DNA of 64,000 nt from assembly GCF_009914755.1 (NCBI RefSeq), contig NC_060943.1, one strand, 5' to 3'. This stretch comes from the human T2T-CHM13v2.0 reference genome, Homo sapiens. Made by a program: the position numbers and the translations under genes. The notes under the pieces were generated by a model. That model was not told where the DNA came from, did no database searches, and was given only the letters and a program-made list of their open reading frames with translations. Shown piece after piece: positions 53,979 to 64,000 of this stretch (the stretch's first letter is position 1; every line of letters begins with the position of its first letter).

Positions 53979-54621
53979 TGAGACTGGGCTATCTCTCAAG
54001 GTTATGCTTTCCAGCCCTCAGGATGGCCACAGTCAGATAGGTATTAGGCCCATCCGGCCTAATACATGTTTTAACATAGAAATATCTTCCCATAATATAC
54101 AAGTTTTTCAAAGAATAGATGAATGTATTTAAATTAACTTTTTAAAATGTAGCATAGATTCACAATGGAATACTATTCAGCCTTTAAAGACAAGATGTCT
54201 TTTAACAATATTATTTGTCTTCTCTACCTTTCCTGAGTACTGGGATCTTTAAGCACAATGGAGATAATACTATATTCCTAGTGCTTTTGAGACCCACTGT
54301 GTGATGGCTGCCTTAAATGAGGTGCCATTGTCACTTTGGAGGTACTTAGGTAGACAAAAGTCGGTAGTAATTTCATTAATTAACACTTTTATGACCGCAG
54401 AGGTCTTTTCTGTATGGCATGGAAATGCTTCTACCCAATTTGTGAAAGTATTAATTCCAGGAGGTATTGCATGCCCTCTGTCTTTGGCATGTGGGTAAAG
54501 TCTATCTGTCAGTCTTTTCCTGGTTAGCTTCCCATCCTTTGGATTTGAGAAGAAAGAAGTGGCCTGTTGAGATTATCTTTAAGACAGACTTTGCAAGCAT
54601 TAACCTGTTTGACTGTTTTTA

Positions 54622-55138
<517 letters not shown>

Positions 55139-55293
55139 TTATCTTTTCAGGACTACTAAAGCTTAATTTCTTTTATGGAGCCTTCATAGATTAGAGGGGT
55201 TTCAAGTGTGTTGATGCCTGGAGGCTTCATTGTAACTGACTAGGCTGCCTGATTAGCTAACTTGTTTCTTTCCACTATTTTATCTGTTCCCTC

Positions 55294-56261
55294 TGAAGGG
55301 GTGGGTTGCCCCTCCACACCTGTGGGTGTTACTTGGAAAAGAAAGAGACACAGAGACAAAGTATAGAGAAAAAAAAAGGGGGCCCAGGGGACCAGCGTTC
55401 AGCATACAGAGGATCCACGCCGGCACTGGCCTCTGAGTTCCCTTAGCATTTATTGATCATTATTGGGCATTTCCCAGAGAGGGGGATGTGGCAGGATAAT
55501 AGGGTAATAGTGGAGAGAAGGTCAGAAGGTAAACACGTGAACAAATGTCTCTGCATCATAAACAAGGTAAAGAAAAAAGTGCTGTGCTTGTGATGTGCAT
55601 ACACATAAACATCTCAATGCCTTAAAGAGCAGTATTGCTGCCAGCATGTCCCACCTCCAGCCCTAAGGCGGTTTTCCCCTATCTCAGTAGATGGAATATA
55701 CAATCGGCTTTACACCGAGACATTCCATTGCCCAGGAACGAGCAGGAGACAGAAGCCTTCCTCTTATCTCAACTGCAAAGAGGCGTTCCTTCCTCTTTTA
55801 CTAATCCTCCTCAGCACAGACCCTTTACGGGTGTCGGGCTGGGGGACGGTCAGGTCTTTCCCTTCCCACGAGGCCATATTTCAGACTGTCACATGGGGAG
55901 AAACCTTGGACAATACCTGGCTTTCCTAGGCAGAAGTCCCTGCAGCCTTCCGCAGTGTTTTGTGTCTCTGGGTACTTAGGGAGTGGTTGAGATTAGGGAG
56001 TGGTGATGACTCTTAACAAGCATGCTGCCTTCAAGCATTTGTTTAACGAAACACAACCTGCACAGCCCTTAATCCATTTAACCCTGAGTTGACACAGCAC
56101 ATGTTTCAGGGAGCACAGGGTTGGGGGTAGGGTTACAGATTAACAGCATATCAAGGCAGAAGAATTTTTCTTAGTTACAGAACAAAATGGAGTCTTAGCC
56201 TATGTCTACTTCTTTCTACACAGACACAGTAACAATCTGATCTCTCCTTCTTTTCCCCACA
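55294..56261 (-). mobile_element. HERV-K(HML-2) solo LTR, LTR5B-like, inserted in the ERV1 RNase H
   Basis: Reverse complement starts TGTGGGGAAAAGAAGGAGAGATCAG and ends GGGCAACCCACCCCTTCA; 5-bp TSD CCCTC/CCTTC with one mismatch; ATGCAGAG in place of ATGCAAAG. Confidence 0.9.
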
Positions 56262-56707
56262 CCTTCTCATGTCTCTTACATTGCTATTTCTTATGGAAGA
56301 AAACTGAGAAAAATAACCTGTTAATTTTATGATTGTCTCCATTTTCCATTGGCTTTTTGCACTCCTAATATTGGAGTGGTGCAGGGGCTGTTACAGGGTT
56401 TGAGGAGGCCCTGCATTTTCAGATTAATAATGGCTTCTAGTCCTTTCCTAGCCTCTGGCTTTAGCGGATATTGTTGCTGGTTAGGAAAAAAGGTGGGATC
56501 CTTAAGATGGGTCTGGACTGGCCTAGTAGTTATAGTTTGGCATATTTTTCCTTGAAGTGCCCATACTTTTGGATTAACATTAGCTTCCACCAGGGAAAGA
56601 CAAAGAGTTTGTTCCAGGGCTTATTATAAAGATGCTGACCCCATGTTAACTAAAATTTCTCTACCTAAAGAGTGGGACTTTCTGGAATGATTAACACACT
56701 TGAATAA

Positions 56708-57024
<317 letters not shown>

Positions 57025-57532
57025 TAGAATAAAATTTTAAAATAGTCTTTTTGTTGCTGTTGTTATCTAAGTAAACAAAGATATCACCTGCAAATCATAA
57101 TTAGCTACTTTATAATTGTACTTATTACAAATATTAACTAACTTATCTTTTTTCGGCTTAAATTTTTTATGTACCATTTTATACATTCACACACATATAA
57201 AAGTGAAAACATATTCAATATTCAATTTTTTGTTAATCTTTAGTAAAAATGAGTGTTAAAAATATTTTTTTTTTGAAGGATTTTTATTGTTGTACTCAAG
57301 AATGTTATCTCTGGAGGCAACATTGCCTGTATTTTAATATTAACTCTGCTATTGTGAGCAAGTAATTTCTCTCTGTGCCTCTATTTCTTCCTCTGTAAAA
57401 TGAGAATAATAATACCTATGTTATTAAGTTACTGTGAGAATTAAATTCATTCACATATAGTGTTATAGTTAGTGCTCAGTAAAGATTAGTTATTAATAAA
57501 ATATGTACATGCTGAATTAAATTAAGACTTCC

Positions 57533-57822
57533 TTTTTTGAGATGGAGTTTCACTCTTTTTGCCCAGGCAAATGGAGTGCAATGGCACAATCTCAGCACAC
57601 TGCAACCTCTGCCTCTGGAGTCAACCGATTCTACTGCCTCATCCTCCTGAGTAGCTGGGATTACAGGTGCCCACCACCATGCCCGGCTAATTTTGTATTT
57701 TTAGTAAAGACAGAGCTTTACCATGTTGGCCAGGCTGGTCTCGAACTCCTGACCTCAGGTGATCTGCCTGCCTCGGCCTCCCAAAGTGCTGGATTTACAG
57801 GTGTGAGCCACTGCGCCTGGCC
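57533..57822 (-). mobile_element. Alu (AluS)
   Basis: Reverse Alu. Confidence 0.9.
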
Positions 57823-58286
57823 TAATACATGTTTTAACAAAGAAATATCTTCCCATAACACACGAGTTTTTCAAAGAATAGATGAATATATTTAAATTAA
57901 CTTTTTAAAATGTAGCATAGATTCACAATGGAATACTATTCAGCTTTCAAAAAGGGTAAATTCCAACATTTAGACAAATAAAGACAAATACTGCATGATC
58001 TCATTTATATATAGAACAAAATTTAACTCAAAAGAGTAGAAAGTGGATTAATGGTTACCAGAGGCTATGGGTAGTGAAAAGGAAATAAAAAGTTGTGGAT
58101 CAAAAAGTACAAAGTTTCTAATAGACAGGGTAAATAGGTTTTGAGATCTGTTGCACAGCAGCATGATCATAGTAAACAATAATGCATTGTATATTTCAAA
58201 ATAACTAAGAGTAAATTTCAAATGTCTCACCACAAAAAATGATATGTAAGCAAGTTGATAGATATGTTATTTAACTTAATCACTCC

Positions 58287-58336
<50 letters not shown>
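58287..58336. repeat. (ATCT)n tetranucleotide STR, about 12 units
   Basis: Direct inspection. Confidence 0.95.
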
Positions 58337-58463
58337 TCCTTTTTGTGGAGAACAGGGTCTCGCTATATTTCCCAGGCAGGTCTCGAACTCCTGGGCTCAA
58401 GCTATCCTCCTGCTTCTGCCTCCCTGAGAGCTGGGATTACAGGCGTGAGCCACCATGCCTCGC
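58289..58463 (-). pseudogene. BC200 (BCYRN1) RNA retropseudogene with (ATAG)n tail
   Basis: Minus strand carries BC200 diagnostics CCCAGCTCTCAGGGAGG..GGATAGCTTGAGCCCAGGAGTTCGAGACCTGCCTGGG..ATATAGCGAGACCC..TTCTCCACAAAAAGGA; 11-bp TSD aatcactccat at 58278-58288 and 58464-58474. Confidence 0.88.
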
Positions 58464-58552
58464 AATCACTCCATATTATATACATATATTCAAACATCAC
58501 ATTTACCCTATAAATGCATAGAACTCTGATTTGCCAATAAAAAATACTATTA

Positions 58553-58883
<331 letters not shown>

Positions 58884-59011
58884 TTACTAAAAAAAAGAAA
58901 CTTTAAAAAATTGGGCTAGATAATAAAGTGTCTTATCTTAAATTTCCAGAAAATATATACACGTATTTTTTATTTCAGATGGCTTGCACATTTAGTGATG
59001 TAGGTAAGTAA

Positions 59012-59395
<384 letters not shown>

Positions 59396-59456
59396 TAAAA
59401 GACAGACTCTAAAGCAACTGTTTGGAGTCTCTAAATTGTCTCTAAATATTTAATGA

Positions 59457-59796
<340 letters not shown>

Positions 59797-61214
59797 ATTA
59801 AATATGTACTTTTAAACTACATTTAAATTTATCAAATGAACATAAATAATTACTTGGTAATAAGAAATTTATTAAACAAGTAGATGAGGAAATAATTTGC
59901 CTCCTTTTCTAATTTTATAACTGACAAACTCTCCGTATTTAAGTGCTTACTTATCTAGAGTTACTGGAGTGCTAAAGAGAAGTACTCAATGAGAAATCTT
60001 TCCATAATATTCATATCCATGCTGTGTGTGAATATATGGGAATTTGCCAAGGATAATATTAAAAACATTCAAGCCTCAGACTGATGAGGATGAACATGGG
60101 TTACAAACCACTGATATGGCCAGTTTGTTTTCAGGCTTAACATTGATCATGATCTAACAGAATAAAAAAATAAGAGTTAATAAATTTCCTGTATACTTAC
60201 TATGTGCTGGGCATTGTTTGGCCACCTTTATTTGTATCAATTGCTTTAATTTTACCAAAACCCTAGGAGTTATGCAGTATTATCCTCACTCCACAGCTGA
60301 AGAGTCAAGCACAGAGAAGTCAAAACAGTCCATAAGTGGCAGAACTGGAATGCAATTAGGAACCACCTGATACCGAGTTTCAACTTTAACCATTATACTC
60401 AACACTCTTTTACCCAATGCTTGTTTCCATTCCTGACATAACATTTTGGCTTTGAAATTTCTAATTTAGTAAAAACAAAGAAGAATTTAAAAATCACTCT
60501 TTTTTACCGTTAGATAGTATGTAGAACTTGATGTTTTGATTAAAGCACCTATTACTAAGCCTAAACCAAATACTTTGGTAAATGGGTTCTAACAGTGATA
60601 TACTTCTCATGACTTAAAATTGCCACTAATTTTACTTTTGAAATATATTAGATTTTATATTAGAAGCTAGGATGAGTCTATTATGATACAGAAAATTTGT
60701 GGTCTGCAGGAACATCATCATTCATTGCATGGTCTACAGTTTCCGAAAATTCCAGAAACACTAACATAAGAATACTTTTCTGATTGAATAATTTAAGGAT
60801 ATTAAGTCTTCTCAGTGACTAAAATGAAATAGAGTTACTAATCAGACACAATGTGGTTTTAAGTGTTATTTAATGAACACATGTAAAGTTTCTTTTAAAC
60901 ACATGTTAACAACTTATTTCTATTGATTTTTCACTTCTATTATAAAAAATATTAAAATGTCTGTGACTACAAACGTATAAAATTCATTCAAATCTAAACA
61001 GTGCTAATCTTAAAAGTTCTGTATACTTAGAATTATAGAAAGCCTATTCTCTATTTATACTTAGAAGATAAAAAAATTGCTTTTCAGCAAACCCAGTGGA
61101 GCAATCATAAGCTCACTATCATAAGGTATTATAATATTAATACAATCATCTAGAGAAAACTTTTAGGTATCTGGATGTTCAAGTTGTTTAACTTATATGA
61201 TTCAGAAACTATGA

Positions 61215-61427
61215 TTTATTTATTTATTTAGGAGATGGAGTCTCACTGTGTCGCCCAGGCAGGAGTGCAATGGCACAATCTCGGCTTACTACAAACTCTG
61301 CCTCCTGGGTTCAAGTGGTTCTCCTGCCTCAGCCTCCCATGGTCTCAAACTCTTGACCTCAGGTGATTCAACCACCTTGGCCTCCCAAATTGCTGGGAGT
61401 ACAAAAGTAAGCCACCATGCCCAGCCC
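61215..61427 (-). mobile_element. Alu with central deletion
   Basis: cagcctcccat|ggtctcaaactc junction. Confidence 0.85.
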
Positions 61428-61512
61428 AGAAAGTACACATTTTTATTAAGTATAAAAAATTAAAATATGTCAATTTCTTTTTCTCAGTCTCTAAATACTG
61501 TCATTATTTCTA

Positions 61513-61893
<381 letters not shown>

Positions 61894-62358
61894 CTAGAAA
61901 TGTGATGGTTGACTCTGGTTTACTTTCTGCCTTTTTATTTTATAGAAACAAAGCAGCATAAGGAAGGGCAGAAATAATACATCTTGATTGCAAACACACC
62001 AGTGCCCGTCTAGAGAGAATATATTTCTGAGCATATTAATTTGAAATTCACGGCATCTTTTGTAGAAGTACAGACTAGTATATGACAAACAATAAACACA
62101 AATAAAAATTTAAGACTGCAATAGAATTAGAAAAGTATTCTAAAAATAAATTCTGATCAATTATTTTTTTTCCACCAGAATAGTTGTGATGAAATGGTTG
62201 TGGCAGTGTGATCTTAAGTAACCAACACTCTCATCATTCTTGGGCTATGGACATTAGACTTTGATGCCTTTTTTCTTTATAAAAATATTTTCTTTTCATA
62301 AGTCAGGAATTTAACCTGATCTGCACACCCACTCATTTTCAAAAATAGTTTATTCTAA

Positions 62359-62662
<304 letters not shown>

Positions 62663-63124
62663 TCAGAAATGCGGTTTTAAAACCACATTTTTTTCTAAAA
62701 ACAGTAGAGTAACAAATTAACTCGATAGTCTAGTGTACAGTTAATTAATTAAAAATAAAGATGTGGAGTCATTTATTTTAACCACACAGTTAAGAATAAA
62801 ACATTTTTTCGGGCTAAAAGCTTTCAGAGATGTTAGCTTATAGGATGTGGGGAGACCTGGCATAGAAACATTCACTCTTATGCCCAAAGGGAAAATAATT
62901 CTGTGTCTTTCAACCCAATGCTAACTATGAACCAAGAATTGGAAAAATGTAACATGTCATTATACCCCAAGGCATTTTATTATTTTTATTATAGATTCAG
63001 GTGTACATGTACAGATTTGTAGCATAGGTATACTGCATGTTGTTGAGGTTTGGACACTTAATAATCCCATTGTCCAAGTAGTTTACAGTATTACCTAATG
63101 AGTAATGAGTAATTTTTCTGTTGG

Positions 63125-63745
<621 letters not shown>

Positions 63746-64000
63746 ACTTTTTGACTTTTTAATAAGAGCCATTCTAACTGGCGTGAGATGGTATCACATT
63801 GCCATTTTGATTTGTATCTCTATTGATTTGGGATGTTGAACAATTTTTTGCATGTTTATTGGCTGCTTTTATGTCTTCCTTTGAGAAGTGTCTATTCATA
63901 TCATTTGCATTTTTCTTATTAAATTCCTGATAGATTCTATATATTAACGCTTTGTTGCATGCAGTTTGCAAATATTTTATACTGTAGGTTGTTTTTTTAC

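Overview
Primate (most likely human) euchromatin dominated by transposable elements. The only gene feature is the promoter and first exon of a minus-strand ZNF91-family (19p12-type) KRAB zinc-finger gene. Its exon 1 ends in ATG|GTGAGA at 18591-18583. Positions 1-18588 are intron 1, and the KRAB and finger exons lie left of the window. The rest is nested repeats: about 60 Alus, L1PA/L1PB elements, ERV1 gag/pol remnants, LTR12C, two HERV-K(HML-2) LTR5 solo LTRs, a MER41 LTR with internal region, a THE1 element, MER11, beta-satellite and a BC200 retrocopy. No intact novel protein-coding system is visible, and the ORF track is almost entirely Alu, L1 or ERV debris. The most interesting signals are structural and regulatory. 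(1) A THE1 element has LTRs from two different subfamilies and no TSD, which suggests a recombination junction. (2) An old ~4-5 kb inverted duplication pairs 40.65-46.0 kb with 56.7-60.85 kb. (3) Two patchwork templated-insertion scars lie at 53.98-54.19 kb and 61.75-61.80 kb. (4) A sense-oriented LTR12C sits in intron 1 and an octamer-bearing LTR5_Hs-like LTR lies 5.5 kb upstream of the KZFP promoter. (5) A BC200 retropseudogene has an (ATAG)n tail. Repeat subfamily calls come from recalled consensus sequences, not a database search, and Alu boundaries are approximate (about +/-15 bp).
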